Below are positions 25,954 through 34,489 of a stretch of DNA of 44,277 nucleotides, piece by piece. Source of the DNA: a virus (lineage: Duplodnaviria; Caudoviricetes); IMG/VR virus record IMGVR_UViG_3300033076_000517, positions 1 to 44,277 of that record; one strand, given 5' to 3'. The stretch's first letter is position 1, and every line of letters begins with the position of its first letter. The notes below the pieces were generated by a model. It saw only the letters and a program-made list of their open reading frames with translations, was not told where the DNA came from and searched no databases. Made by a program: the position numbers and the translations under genes.

Positions 25954-26188
25954 GGCGCTCTTTCGATGGCCTGGGGCAGTTGGGCGGCGGTACGACAACG
26001 CACCACACGGCAGAGTGCTGGCCGCGCGTGGCCTCTGTCCAGCGGTCAACGTAGGCGTCCGGCATGTCGTTGAGCGCCTTGCGGATGGTCGTGTCGCTGG
26101 CGCCCAGCACGGCGCATATCTCCATCGAGGTCATGCCGTCGTCGTTGGCGCGCAGCATGGCGCGAATTTGAGGGTGCCAGGATTTCAT
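25946..26188 (-). CDS. Small winged-HTH-like protein
   Basis: DGMTSMEICAVLGASDTTIRKAL..MPDAYVDRW; ATGA-coupled start at 26188. Confidence 0.6.
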   Translation of the reverse strand: MKSWHPQIRAMLRANDDGMTSMEICAVLGASDTTIRKALNDMPDAYVDRWTEATRGQHSAVWCVVVPPPNCPRPSKERRA

Positions 26189-26694
26189 GGCCGTGCCCCC
26201 AGTCCCGAGAACGGGGTGGCACCGTAGGTGCGCCACGTCCTGCCGGTCTTGATGGCGCTCACCGTGGCTTGGCTGATGCCAAAACGCACGGCGATCTCGT
26301 GCTGGACTCCCTCGGCTTCGCGCACGGCGGCGGCCAGCTCTGGCGTGAGCTTGGCCCGCGTCCTGGCTTTGTCCGCGAGCTTCTTGCAGCGGACGATGTC
26401 GCTTTGGTGCCGCTGCTCGCGGGTCGTTCGGCGCTGCACCGTGCGGCGCAGGGCCCACGTTGCGTGCTCAGGGTGTACGCACATCGGGTTGCCGCAGCTG
26501 TAGGTGGCAAGATGCGGTTGGGCGTTCGGCGTCTTGCCGTCGCGTTCAAGCAAGATGAACCGGCGCACAGAGCCGACTTTGCCGTTCCAGCGCATGGTCG
26601 GGGTGACCCCTGGGGATTGCAGCGCGCCTGTCCAGTTCCAGCAGTCGCCTTCTTCGACGACGTGCTTCTTGATGGTGTCGATCAGCTTGCTCAT
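26185..26694 (-). CDS. Degenerate HNH-endonuclease-like protein with C-terminal HTH
   Basis: DCWNWTGA...SCGNPMCVHPEH; C-terminal KLT..EIAVRFGISQATVSAIKTGRTW. Confidence 0.7.
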   Translation of the reverse strand: MSKLIDTIKKHVVEEGDCWNWTGALQSPGVTPTMRWNGKVGSVRRFILLERDGKTPNAQPHLATYSCGNPMCVHPEHATWALRRTVQRRTTREQRHQSDIVRCKKLADKARTRAKLTPELAAAVREAEGVQHEIAVRFGISQATVSAIKTGRTWRTYGATPFSGLGARP

Positions 26695-26924
26695 ACGCCC
26701 ACCTGCTTGAGTGCGGCTTGCAGGCCAGCCAGACCGCCGACACGCTGGTTTTCGATGAATATCTGGGGCATTTGTCGGGCTTCGGGGTAGAGCATGTTCA
26801 ACGTCTCAAACCACAGCGGCACTTCGATGTCGCGCTCTTGGTACTCCAAGCCCTTGGACTGCAGCAGGCGCTTGGCGCTCACGCAGTTAGGGCAGTTGCT
26901 CTTGGTGTACATGATGATGTTCAT
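26691..26924 (-). CDS. Glutaredoxin
   Basis: YTKSNCPNCVSAKRLL...RQMPQIFI....VGG. Confidence 0.9.
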   Translation of the reverse strand: MNIIMYTKSNCPNCVSAKRLLQSKGLEYQERDIEVPLWFETLNMLYPEARQMPQIFIENQRVGGLAGLQAALKQVGV

Positions 26925-27133
26925 TGGGTACTCCTTGCCAGCTGACGGTAGCGGGCGATGTTGTTCTTGATGGCGTGCGGGCAGCTGGCGTTCTTGGTGA
27001 TGATCTGCGGCTGCTCGAACTCAGCGAAGGTCACCTTGAAGTGCGCGCCCGCCCGGGGCTCTACTGCCACGGGGTGGAACCCCGCAGCCTCGTAGGCTTT
27101 GATCTGCTTGCGCAGGGCTGTGGGGGTGTTCAT
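26921..27133 (-). CDS. Hypothetical protein
   Basis: Coupled ORF in the early operon. Confidence 0.6.
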   Translation of the reverse strand: MNTPTALRKQIKAYEAAGFHPVAVEPRAGAHFKVTFAEFEQPQIITKNASCPHAIKNNIARYRQLARSTQ

Positions 27134-27354
27134 GCCTGCCCCCTTGCTCGGATGGCGTTTGCTGCCATTGAAGCGTGCATGTCTGCATCAGCGCACTGGT
27201 CTGCAATTTGCAGGCACGCCTCACGCTCCTCGGCACGGACAAGCTCGGCAAAGCGTTCAGCGAACATTACAAGCCGCATGTCCCGCGCTTCGGCTAAGTC
27301 ATAGTCAATCCACCCAACCCCCCGCGCCGTGCGGATGATGTCTTCGCGCGTCAT
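27130..27354 (-). CDS. Hypothetical protein
   Basis: MTREDII..AR...ERFAELVRAEEREAC...AIRARG, a common phage small-protein pattern. Confidence 0.65.
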   Translation of the reverse strand: MTREDIIRTARGVGWIDYDLAEARDMRLVMFAERFAELVRAEEREACLQIADQCADADMHASMAANAIRARGQA

Positions 27355-27644
27355 GCGAACACCTCGTCGATCTGTTCGATGGTGCCCAGCACCAGCACGA
27401 TCTCACCGAGGGTGCGCATGCGTGAGTGCTCGCGCGCTTGGGCTCGCTCGTGGCCGTTGGCCGGGAACGTCTTGATGGTCTCGGGGTTCTTGAGCTCCAC
27501 CCAGAAGCTGCGACCCCATGCCGGGGGCATCATCGCCCGGCGATCCGGCGCACCACGGCGGCCCACCCACTTGACCTTGCGTATCTCGCCGCCGAGCTCG
27601 CGCACGCGCTCGACGAGGTGGGCTTCGATGTCGCGCTCTTTCAT
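27351..27644 (-). CDS. VRR-NUC domain nuclease (Holliday junction resolvase-like)
   Basis: MKERDIEAHL...GGEIRK...GAPDR...FWVELK...Q..EH..MR.LG. Confidence 0.8.
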   Translation of the reverse strand: MKERDIEAHLVERVRELGGEIRKVKWVGRRGAPDRRAMMPPAWGRSFWVELKNPETIKTFPANGHERAQAREHSRMRTLGEIVLVLGTIEQIDEVFA

Positions 27645-27814
27645 TTGGACAGCCCGATCACCAAGACGGCGGCCAGAGCGCAACCGATGGCGAGCGCCAG
27701 CAAGATGCCAGCGACCTTTTCCCACAGCGGCTCGCGCAGGGAGCCCGACTGGTAGCCGGGTGTGAACTGGCACTCGTTCAGGGTGCGGGGGGTTTGAGTG
27801 TGCGATGGCTTCAT
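27641..27814 (-). CDS. Small membrane protein
   Basis: TPRTLNECQF plus a C-terminal TM helix; RBS GGAG. Confidence 0.6.
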   Translation of the reverse strand: MKPSHTQTPRTLNECQFTPGYQSGSLREPLWEKVAGILLALAIGCALAAVLVIGLSK

Positions 27815-27845
27815 GTCGATCTCCAAAAAAGTTATTGAGGCCTCG

Positions 27846-27863
27846 ACTATAGCAGATGCTAAA
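27846..27863 (-). promoter_or_regulatory. Leftward extended -10 promoter (TGCTATAGT) overlapped by operator TATAGCAGATGCTAAA
   Basis: AT-rich gap; motif shared with 33052 and 34392. Confidence 0.6.
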
Positions 27864-27889
27864 ACTATGCGTGTTGCATAAACACAACG

Positions 27890-29974
27890 TCAATCCTTGC
27901 GGTAGCGGGTTGTCTCGAAGCCAGCAGCTGCCAGCGGCAGGCCGGTGGCCCACGGCGGCACTATGGACATCAGCTCGGCCAAGTCCTCGTGGCTGTAGCC
28001 GGTGGTGTCTGCGGTCTCGGTGAGCAGTTCGTCATGCACCGAGAGCACGATCTCGTAGCCGGTGTCCTCGATCAGCGGCATGTTGGCGGCCAGCACGTCG
28101 CGGGCGAACGCCTGCGTGATGTTCTCCACCAGCTTTCCGCCGTAGGTCTTGATGCGGCACCAGCGCCGGGTGTACTGGTTCACGCCCATGTAGGTGATCT
28201 GCTCGCCCTCTTCGATCTTGGGCTGCAGGTAGCACAGCACACGGCCCGAGGGCAGTCGGATGCGAAGCCATGCACCGTCGCGCTGGATGACCAGGGAGCG
28301 CACGGTGAAGCGCACGCCGGGGTTGCGGATGGCTTGGCGCACGGTGTCGCCCACGTCACGCCACAGGCTCACGGTGGCAGGGTGTGCCTCGCGCCATGCG
28401 TGCTTGAGCACCTCACAGGCAACGTACACGTTGGCAGGCAGGCCCAGCGTGCGGCGCTTCTTCTGCGCCCACTCCCACATGCCGTAGGCGCGGGCCAGGG
28501 CGTCCTTGCTGGCAGTGCTGTGGACAGCGTCGGCCAGCTCGTCCAAGTCCATGTTGTAGACCGCAGCGAAGGTCAAGAAAGCGGCCACGCCACCTTCGTA
28601 ACCCAAGCCCAGTTCCATGACCTTACCGATCTGGCGCTTCTGGCCCACGGCATCCTTCGGGTCGATGTTGAACGAGCGACCGTAGGCCACCTTGTACAAG
28701 TCCTCGCCGATGCCTGCGTCGAAGTCCGCGAAGGCCTTGAGCTTCCACTCCTCACCGGCCAGCCACGCGAGCGAGCGGCCCTCGATGTTGGACAAGTCGG
28801 CGATGCACAGCTTCTTGCCGGGTGGGGCCACGATGCACCCGCGCACGGCGTTGGCGGTCAGGCGCATGACGTTGTCGAACACCAGATCGGCGCAGCCCGC
28901 CTTGAGCGCAGCGATGCCTGCGTCGATGTCCTTTTGCTTCATGTCAGGGCGCGGCATGTTCTGCGGCTGGAACACGCGGCCAGCCCAGCGGCTGGTGCGC
29001 ACGGCCCCGGCGAACTGCAGCGTGTTGCGCAGCCGCCCGTCCTTGCTGGTGGCACGCAGCAGGGCGGTGTACTTGGCCGTGCTGGTCTTGGTGGCCTCCA
29101 AGCGGATGGACAGCAGCAGCTTCACAGCCTCGGGCAGCTCGGGGTCTTCGATCCGGCGGCGCAGCGTGTCGGCCTTCATGTCGGGCAGATCAACCCCGTA
29201 GTATTCGACGATGTGCTTGAGCAGCTGGTCGCGCTTGGACACGCTCGTGACGGCCCCATCGGTGAGCTCGTAGACCTCGTCCTTCAGCCGAGACTTCTCC
29301 CGGTCAGCAGCCTCTGTAGCAGCTCGGGCGAGGGCAAGATCGACGGCGAAGCCGCGGTCGTTGATGCGCTGGTCGAGGTGCCACAGCGCCAGTTCCGCAT
29401 GCCCATCTCGATAGTTCCACTTGGGTAGCTTCTTGTCGATGGCGCGCATGGCGACAATGTCCTGGCGCGAGTATTCGAGGAACTCGGCCCACTCTTTGGG
29501 GTGTGTCTCACGGGTGCGTCTCCTGATCTTCTGGCCCTTGGGCGCGGGCTTGCAGAACATCTGGATGAGCTGCTTGCCGCGCTTGTCTTTGGCTTGGTCT
29601 TCGTCGAGGCCCAGTGCCGCGCCGACCTTGTCCAGCCCACCGGGCAGGCCGTGCAGCATGGCCTTGACCATCGTGTCCTGCCAGCGCTCCACCGGCACGT
29701 CGATGCCCCAGACATGGCGCAGCAGGGTGCGGTCGAAGTGGGAGTTGTGGGCGATGACGGTGACGGTGGGGTCGTCGAGGTAGCGGGCAAGACCGTGGGG
29801 TATGCCTGCTCCCTTCGGCGCAGTGGTGGCATCCCACACCACCGGCTCGCCGTCGTCGATAGCCCACTGGGCCACGGTGATCTCGGTGGAGGGGTGCTCG
29901 GCGTATGCGTGCGTGCTGTGGGTCTTGAGATCGCACTCGCTGTACGTCTCGCAATCAAACCAGAGGATGGTCAT
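27890..29974 (-). CDS. DNA polymerase, family A, with 3'-5' exonuclease
   Basis: Exo WFDCETY, AHNSHFD; motif A ADLSNIEGR; motif B RQIGKVMELGLGY; motif C VHDEL. Confidence 0.93.
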   Translation of the reverse strand: MTILWFDCETYSECDLKTHSTHAYAEHPSTEITVAQWAIDDGEPVVWDATTAPKGAGIPHGLARYLDDPTVTVIAHNSHFDRTLLRHVWGIDVPVERWQDTMVKAMLHGLPGGLDKVGAALGLDEDQAKDKRGKQLIQMFCKPAPKGQKIRRRTRETHPKEWAEFLEYSRQDIVAMRAIDKKLPKWNYRDGHAELALWHLDQRINDRGFAVDLALARAATEAADREKSRLKDEVYELTDGAVTSVSKRDQLLKHIVEYYGVDLPDMKADTLRRRIEDPELPEAVKLLLSIRLEATKTSTAKYTALLRATSKDGRLRNTLQFAGAVRTSRWAGRVFQPQNMPRPDMKQKDIDAGIAALKAGCADLVFDNVMRLTANAVRGCIVAPPGKKLCIADLSNIEGRSLAWLAGEEWKLKAFADFDAGIGEDLYKVAYGRSFNIDPKDAVGQKRQIGKVMELGLGYEGGVAAFLTFAAVYNMDLDELADAVHSTASKDALARAYGMWEWAQKKRRTLGLPANVYVACEVLKHAWREAHPATVSLWRDVGDTVRQAIRNPGVRFTVRSLVIQRDGAWLRIRLPSGRVLCYLQPKIEEGEQITYMGVNQYTRRWCRIKTYGGKLVENITQAFARDVLAANMPLIEDTGYEIVLSVHDELLTETADTTGYSHEDLAELMSIVPPWATGLPLAAAGFETTRYRKD

Positions 29975-29988
29975 GTGTTGCCTTTCTT

Positions 29989-30071
29989 TGGTGAGGGGCG
30001 CGCAGGTGTTGCAACCTGCATGTGCTTCGGGCTAGGCCTATAGCCCCGGGTGAGCCATGCTCTCGCCCCTC
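29989..30071 (-). ncRNA. tRNA-like cloverleaf ending in ACCA (non-canonical)
   Basis: GAGGGGCG/CGCCCCTC acceptor-like stem + ACCA; GCAGG-TTGCAACA-CCTGC T-arm-like; GGGCTA/TAGCCC and GAGC/GCTC arms. Confidence 0.45.
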
Positions 30072-30234
30072 AACAAAAAACACCCGTTGCCCTGAATCCC
30101 GCCTATTCACTTTCGACTGACCAGCGGTGTGAGCACCCCGCAGCGTGCAAGCGACGGGGCGCTGCGGTTAGCCTTCAGGGCCTGTTTGCCGGGTGGGTGA
30201 GTCCCGGCTAGGAGGTAGGTCAGTCCCGTGCCCT

Positions 30235-30783
30235 TTACGCGAGGTCGTCGGCGTCGGCCCCTTCGGTGACCTCGTCGAACTCGTCAGCGCTGGCTGGTGT
30301 GCCACCGCCGAAGCTGTCGCCGTCTTTGTAGAACTGCACGCCACGCAGCTGGGCGCTCAGACCCTTGCCGGTGTTGTCGTAGCCGAAGAACTCGATGCTC
30401 GCGTTGACGTAGCAGCCCGAGTAGATGCGGCCATCGGCTTCGGTCAGGGGCGACTTGTTGCGGTCGATCACCAGCGGGCGCTTGTTGGCTGGAGCCTTGG
30501 CGCGCACGGCGATGTTGCCTGCATAACCGTCGTAGCTCTGCTTGTCACCGTCTTGGATGCAGCACTTGTTGTTGTTGCCGTCGATCTGCTTGCGGATGGC
30601 TTCGCCCTTGCCAGGGAACTTGGTGTTCAGCGCGGCGATAGCAGCGGCCTCGACCTTCTTGTGCAGCTCGGTGCCCTTCTCGATCAGGAAGGTGGCGTTG
30701 AAGGTTGGATCGCCGTCCTTGAAGGGCACAGCTTTGAACAAGTCGTTGAAGGACAAGCGGACGTTGGTGAGTTGGATTTTCAT
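30235..30783 (-). CDS. ssDNA-binding protein (DUF2815 / T7 gp2.5-like)
   Basis: NVRLSF..LF...IYSGCYVNASIEFFGYDN.GKG....LRGVQFYKDGD.FGG; acidic tail; RBS GAAAGGA. Confidence 0.85.
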   Translation of the reverse strand: MKIQLTNVRLSFNDLFKAVPFKDGDPTFNATFLIEKGTELHKKVEAAAIAALNTKFPGKGEAIRKQIDGNNNKCCIQDGDKQSYDGYAGNIAVRAKAPANKRPLVIDRNKSPLTEADGRIYSGCYVNASIEFFGYDNTGKGLSAQLRGVQFYKDGDSFGGGTPASADEFDEVTEGADADDLA

Positions 30784-30803
30784 GATGGTTTCCTTTCGGG
30801 GGT

Positions 30804-32084
30804 TTAAGCTAAGTCGTCGAAGGTTTCGGCCACGACATCGAAGTCGTCGGCCACGGGTTTGATTTCCAGCGCTGGGCGCTTGTCGCTCAGAGGCGCAACG
30901 TGGGGCTGGCCCTCGGCGCGTGTGATGTATGCCTGCAGCTTGGCCCAGCGGCGTGGGCTGTCCTTGGCGAGCAGCTTCTCGGCGGCAGTCGGCGAGATGA
31001 GGGACTGCTTGTACATCTCGTCTTGCTTGAGGCGCATGCCCTTGAGCACTTCCTCGGCTTCGGTCTTCGATCTCCAAGCACGGTCACCCTGTTTGCCCTG
31101 CACGACCTTGTAGCCGGGCACAGTCCCCCCGGCCAGCAGGCGGCGCTCGACTTCAGCGCGCACGGCGGTGATCCATTCCTCGATCAGCTTGGCCTTGGAC
31201 ATGGCAACAGCAAGCCACTCGGCATCGGCCCCTTGCGCCTCGTTGTCGGGCGACACCGGGGTCATGTCGGCGAACTCGTCAGGCGAGGCCGGGACGGAAT
31301 CGAAAACGACTCCCGCGACCTCTTCGCGCAGCTTTGGGCAGGTTGCCTTGCCCTTGCAGAAGCGGCACTGCTCTTCACCGGGGCGCAGGAAAACGTCTTC
31401 CCACTGCTCACTTGCGATGCCTGCGGCCACCTGCAGCTCGGCGTTCCGTGCTGAGAGCATGGCGCTGCGTGCAGTGCTGCGGCCCCACGCTTCGAGCGAC
31501 TCGACGGTGGTGTCCCACTCGCTGGGTGAGCGCGAGATGCGTGGCTGCAGGATCACCAAGCGCACGGTCTCCAGATCGACCGCGATGCCGTTGTGCTCGG
31601 CCACCGCGCCCAAGCCGTAGAGCATGAGCTGGGGGTTTTGCTCAACGTCCACGGCAACGCCGCGCCCGTACTTCAGGTCGATGACCGTGACCTCGTTGCC
31701 TCGGATGATGACAACGTCACCCGTGCCCCAGCCGGTCTCACGCGGCACGCCCAGGTACTCGGCGTAGAACAGCTGCTGCTCCACGAGCATGACGCCGTCC
31801 TCGCCCTTGTACTCCATGACGCGATCCACGCACCACTGGATGTGGTCGGCCATGTCGTCGGTGACCTCGATCTGGAAGCCATCGGCCTCGATGATCCGGC
31901 CAACGTAGCCTGCGGCGGGCGTACCGCCGAGCAGGCACATCTCCAGCAGCTCGTGGGCAGCGGTGCCCTCGGCGGCGTAGACGGTGGTGGCGTCAGCCTT
32001 GCCGACTTCCAAGACCTTGCTGCCGGGGCAGAGCATGATCTTCTTGAAGCCGGAGGCCGACCACTCGCTGTGGGCTTCAGGCAT
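30804..32084 (-). CDS. DUF2800 Cas4-like PD-(D/E)XK exonuclease
   Basis: HS..SAS....CPGS, AAEGTAAHE, GTGDVV...VIDLKYGRG...NPQLMLY, CRFCKGKATC. Confidence 0.85.
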   Translation of the reverse strand: MPEAHSEWSASGFKKIMLCPGSKVLEVGKADATTVYAAEGTAAHELLEMCLLGGTPAAGYVGRIIEADGFQIEVTDDMADHIQWCVDRVMEYKGEDGVMLVEQQLFYAEYLGVPRETGWGTGDVVIIRGNEVTVIDLKYGRGVAVDVEQNPQLMLYGLGAVAEHNGIAVDLETVRLVILQPRISRSPSEWDTTVESLEAWGRSTARSAMLSARNAELQVAAGIASEQWEDVFLRPGEEQCRFCKGKATCPKLREEVAGVVFDSVPASPDEFADMTPVSPDNEAQGADAEWLAVAMSKAKLIEEWITAVRAEVERRLLAGGTVPGYKVVQGKQGDRAWRSKTEAEEVLKGMRLKQDEMYKQSLISPTAAEKLLAKDSPRRWAKLQAYITRAEGQPHVAPLSDKRPALEIKPVADDFDVVAETFDDLA

Positions 32085-32319
32085 CTGGGTTCTCCCGGCG
32101 GGCGGTGTTGTACAAAGCCAGCACGCCCTTGCGTTTGAACTGACGGAAGCCGTGTTCACGGATCGCCATGCGCTTCAGGCGGCGGTTGTTGCTCGGCTGC
32201 TTGTAGGTGCCTTGAGTGGACGAATCCCACACCAGCGTGCCGACCTGCTTGGGGGCGGGCAGCGGGCGGTTGCCCAGGCCAATCCCCAAGAAGTCGTGGA
32301 TTTGCTGGGCGGCGTTCAC
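32077..32319 (-). CDS. Hypothetical basic protein
   Basis: Coupled between neighbouring ORFs. Confidence 0.5.
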   Translation of the reverse strand: MNAAQQIHDFLGIGLGNRPLPAPKQVGTLVWDSSTQGTYKQPSNNRRLKRMAIREHGFRQFKRKGVLALYNTARRENPDA

Positions 32320-32576
32320 TGCACGTTCCCCAAGTCGATGGGCATCTGGGCATGGCCCTGGCGCTTGGCGATCAGCTCATCCTTGCGGCGCAGGTGGTAC
32401 TCCTCCAGCGCGGTGATGGTGGAGTCGGCCATGTTGACGGCGGCCTCTGCCAGCTGGCTGTCGGTCAGGCCGTTGTTGGGCCCGGCCAGCATGCCTTGCA
32501 GTGCCATGCCGGTGTACATGGACATCAGCTCGGTGCGGACTTCTTCCACGAAGACGGTGTTGTCGTGCTCGCCCAT
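32316..32576 (-). CDS. Hypothetical protein
   Basis: GMALQGMLA...A..AV.MAD pattern common in phage early genes. Confidence 0.65.
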   Translation of the reverse strand: MGEHDNTVFVEEVRTELMSMYTGMALQGMLAGPNNGLTDSQLAEAAVNMADSTITALEEYHLRRKDELIAKRQGHAQMPIDLGNVQ

Positions 32577-33010
32577 TACGCCACCTCTTCTTCAGCAGTG
32601 AAGGCGGCCAGCACGTCGGCGTACTGCTCGGGCTTGAGCCCCTTGCCGGACTTCACGCCGAACTCGGCGAGCTTGGCGAGGGTCACGTCGCGGCCATTGG
32701 CGGCAGCGAAGGCGGTGATGGCTGCACCGACCTTGGCGTAGTCCAGTGCCGGGGCGGCTTCGGCCTTGGGCTCTTCCTTCTTCACCTCGGCGGCTGCGGG
32801 CTTAGGGTCGGCCTTGGGCGTGGCCTTTGGCTTCTCGGCGGCTGCGGGCTTGGCCTCGGCCACGGGGGCACCGCCAGCGGCGATGACCGAGGTCTCGCCG
32901 GAGTCGACCTTGGCCTTGACGGCGGCGGCCTGCGCTGTGAGCTTGCCCCACACGGCGATCAGCTCTTTGAGTGCGGCTGTGTTGTCAGCCAGTGCTTGTT
33001 CGATGGACAT
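32576..33010 (-). CDS. Ala/Lys/Pro-rich conserved phage protein
   Basis: MSIEQALADNTAAL...LAEFGVK....LKPEQYA; RBS GAAAGGA; typical position upstream of DUF2800. Confidence 0.7.
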   Translation of the reverse strand: MSIEQALADNTAALKELIAVWGKLTAQAAAVKAKVDSGETSVIAAGGAPVAEAKPAAAEKPKATPKADPKPAAAEVKKEEPKAEAAPALDYAKVGAAITAFAAANGRDVTLAKLAEFGVKSGKGLKPEQYADVLAAFTAEEEVA

Positions 33011-33049
33011 CAGATTTTCCTTTCAAGGGTTTACAAAATGGGAAGCGAT

Positions 33050-33101
33050 AGTGTAGCGGCTGCTAAAGCCCACCACAAAAAAATTTTAAGCTGTTGCTAA
33101 A
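33050..33101 (-). promoter_or_regulatory. Leftward promoter (TTGTGG-N17-TACACT) with two operators (33052-33067, 33086-33101)
   Basis: TGTAGCGGCTGCTAAA and TTAAGCTGTTGCTAAA. Confidence 0.6.
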
Positions 33102-33359
33102 TTACGACACCTCGCTTTCTGGCTCGACCTCGGGCTCGGGCCATGTGGTCGGGGCCGTGTTGAGTGGCTCGAAGAGGTCACGCACCCCGGAGACGCCGCT
33201 GTGCGGAAGCAGGTTGTTCACGAAGTAGTACGCCTGCACATAGGCCATCGTGCAGGACAGGTGCATAGGTGCCTTGGGGAAGCTGCGCTTGACCGTGTTG
33301 ATCTCGCGCTTGCGCGCGGCCATGAGCTTCTTGATTGCGGTCTTGGTCTCGGGTGTCAT
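33102..33359 (-). CDS. Hypothetical early protein
   Basis: RBS GAGGAG. Confidence 0.6.
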   Translation of the reverse strand: MTPETKTAIKKLMAARKREINTVKRSFPKAPMHLSCTMAYVQAYYFVNNLLPHSGVSGVRDLFEPLNTAPTTWPEPEVEPESEVS

Positions 33360-33369
33360 GGCGTGCTCC

Positions 33370-33603
33370 TCACAGGTCGCGGTGTTGGGCTTTGCGGGCG
33401 TTGCGCGAGAGCGAGCCCATGTAAGCCTGCCGGTTGCGTTGCTGCTCGCTGGCCTCGGTCAGCGCGTCCTCGATGACTTTGCGCAGCTGGGGCTTGGCCG
33501 CCTCGATCTGGAAGCTGGCCGTGCCCCACTGCACGAAGGTGTCCTTGACGCTGCGGGTGACGAAGCCCTTGATGCCGATGAAGGTGAAGGTCGCTGTCTG
33601 CAT
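33370..33603 (-). CDS. Hypothetical early protein
   Basis: RBS GAGGAG. Confidence 0.6.
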   Translation of the reverse strand: MQTATFTFIGIKGFVTRSVKDTFVQWGTASFQIEAAKPQLRKVIEDALTEASEQQRNRQAYMGSLSRNARKAQHRDL

Positions 33604-33613
33604 GGTGGTCTCC

Positions 33614-33865
33614 TCACAGGCCCGACCACAGGCCGAACAAAACTTTCTGGGCTTGGATCAGCGTGCGCTCTGGCAGGCCGGTCTCCTCGACATAGTCGGC
33701 GAGGTTGCACTCGATGTCGAAGGCCAAATCTTTGGCCTGCTCGGGCATGTCGTTGCGGATGGTGCGCAGGAAGCAGCCGCCGTTTTCTCGACGGTCGCCA
33801 GACCAAGCCGGATGCTCGCCTCGCACGATGCTGGCGAATTCTTTGATGGTGCTCAAGTTATCCAC
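33614..33865 (-). CDS. Hypothetical early protein
   Basis: RBS GAGGAG, GTG start. Confidence 0.55.
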   Translation of the reverse strand: MDNLSTIKEFASIVRGEHPAWSGDRRENGGCFLRTIRNDMPEQAKDLAFDIECNLADYVEETGLPERTLIQAQKVLFGLWSGL

Positions 33866-33880
33866 AGTAGTGCTCCTCGA

Positions 33881-34261
33881 TCAGCTGCGGTCAGACAGGA
33901 AGCGGCGGGCCTCTGCGTCAGAGCGCAGGGTCACGGCCTTGAACTCGACGAAGCGGCCAGCAGCGGTGCCGCCGGTGACGTAGACGGGGTCTTGCGCGAT
34001 GACAATGGCGCCGTCGACCACGCAGTGGTAGCCCTTGGCACGGAGGAAGTCGGCGACGACGACGGGGTTGAAGGCATCGGCAGCCAAGATTTCCTCAAGG
34101 CGGGCGATTGTGCCGGGGCGGCCTAGCCACACGGAAAGCTGGCCGATGCGGTTCTTGCTGGCGCGCACGACGTGGACAGAGCCGCCATTTGCGCACATGA
34201 GGACTTGGTGGCCCGGCTTAGCCTTGATGGCCTCGATCAGTTGCTGCTCTTGGTTGGTCAT
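33881..34261 (-). CDS. Hypothetical early protein (first gene of the leftward operon)
   Basis: RBS GAGGAG. Confidence 0.65.
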   Translation of the reverse strand: MTNQEQQLIEAIKAKPGHQVLMCANGGSVHVVRASKNRIGQLSVWLGRPGTIARLEEILAADAFNPVVVADFLRAKGYHCVVDGAIVIAQDPVYVTGGTAAGRFVEFKAVTLRSDAEARRFLSDRS

Positions 34262-34389
34262 GTTTAACTCCTCGGTTGGTTAGGTGCCGGTGGCAGTGAG
34301 TCCGAACCATCTTGCTGGTGCCCCTGTGTGTCGTGAGACCAGAGGACTTACCCAACTCACTCGTGCTATTCACTGCAACCGACGACTGA

Positions 34390-34418
34390 ATTATAGCAAC
34401 TGCTAAAGTCCGAGTAAA
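34390..34418 (-). promoter_or_regulatory. Strong leftward sigma70 promoter (PL-like) TTTACT-N17-TATAAT with operator at 34392-34407
   Basis: Perfect TGnTATAAT; operator TATAGCAACTGCTAAA overlaps the spacer and -10. Confidence 0.75.
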
Positions 34419-34439
34419 GCGTGGGGTTATTCAGACAAT

Positions 34440-34468
34440 AAAAAAAAAAAAGCCCGCCGAGGCGGGCT
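34440..34468 (-). terminator. Rho-independent terminator of the repressor transcript
   Basis: AGCCCGCC/GGCGGGCT stem followed by 12 T on the - strand. Confidence 0.85.
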
Positions 34469-34489
34469 ATCAGGAGGAGACCTGTCGTT

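Noticed and set aside
26691-26924. Glutaredoxin as part of a nucleotide-metabolism module
   Set aside because: No ribonucleotide reductase or related genes present; an ordinary accessory gene.
29989-30071. Canonical decoding tRNA
   Set aside because: No TTC T-loop, 3-nt D-loop, no 7-nt anticodon loop; kept only as tRNA-like.
30804-32084. Cas4-like gene as evidence of a CRISPR-Cas system
   Set aside because: DUF2800-type phage exonuclease in its usual SSB/polymerase context; no array or other cas genes seen.
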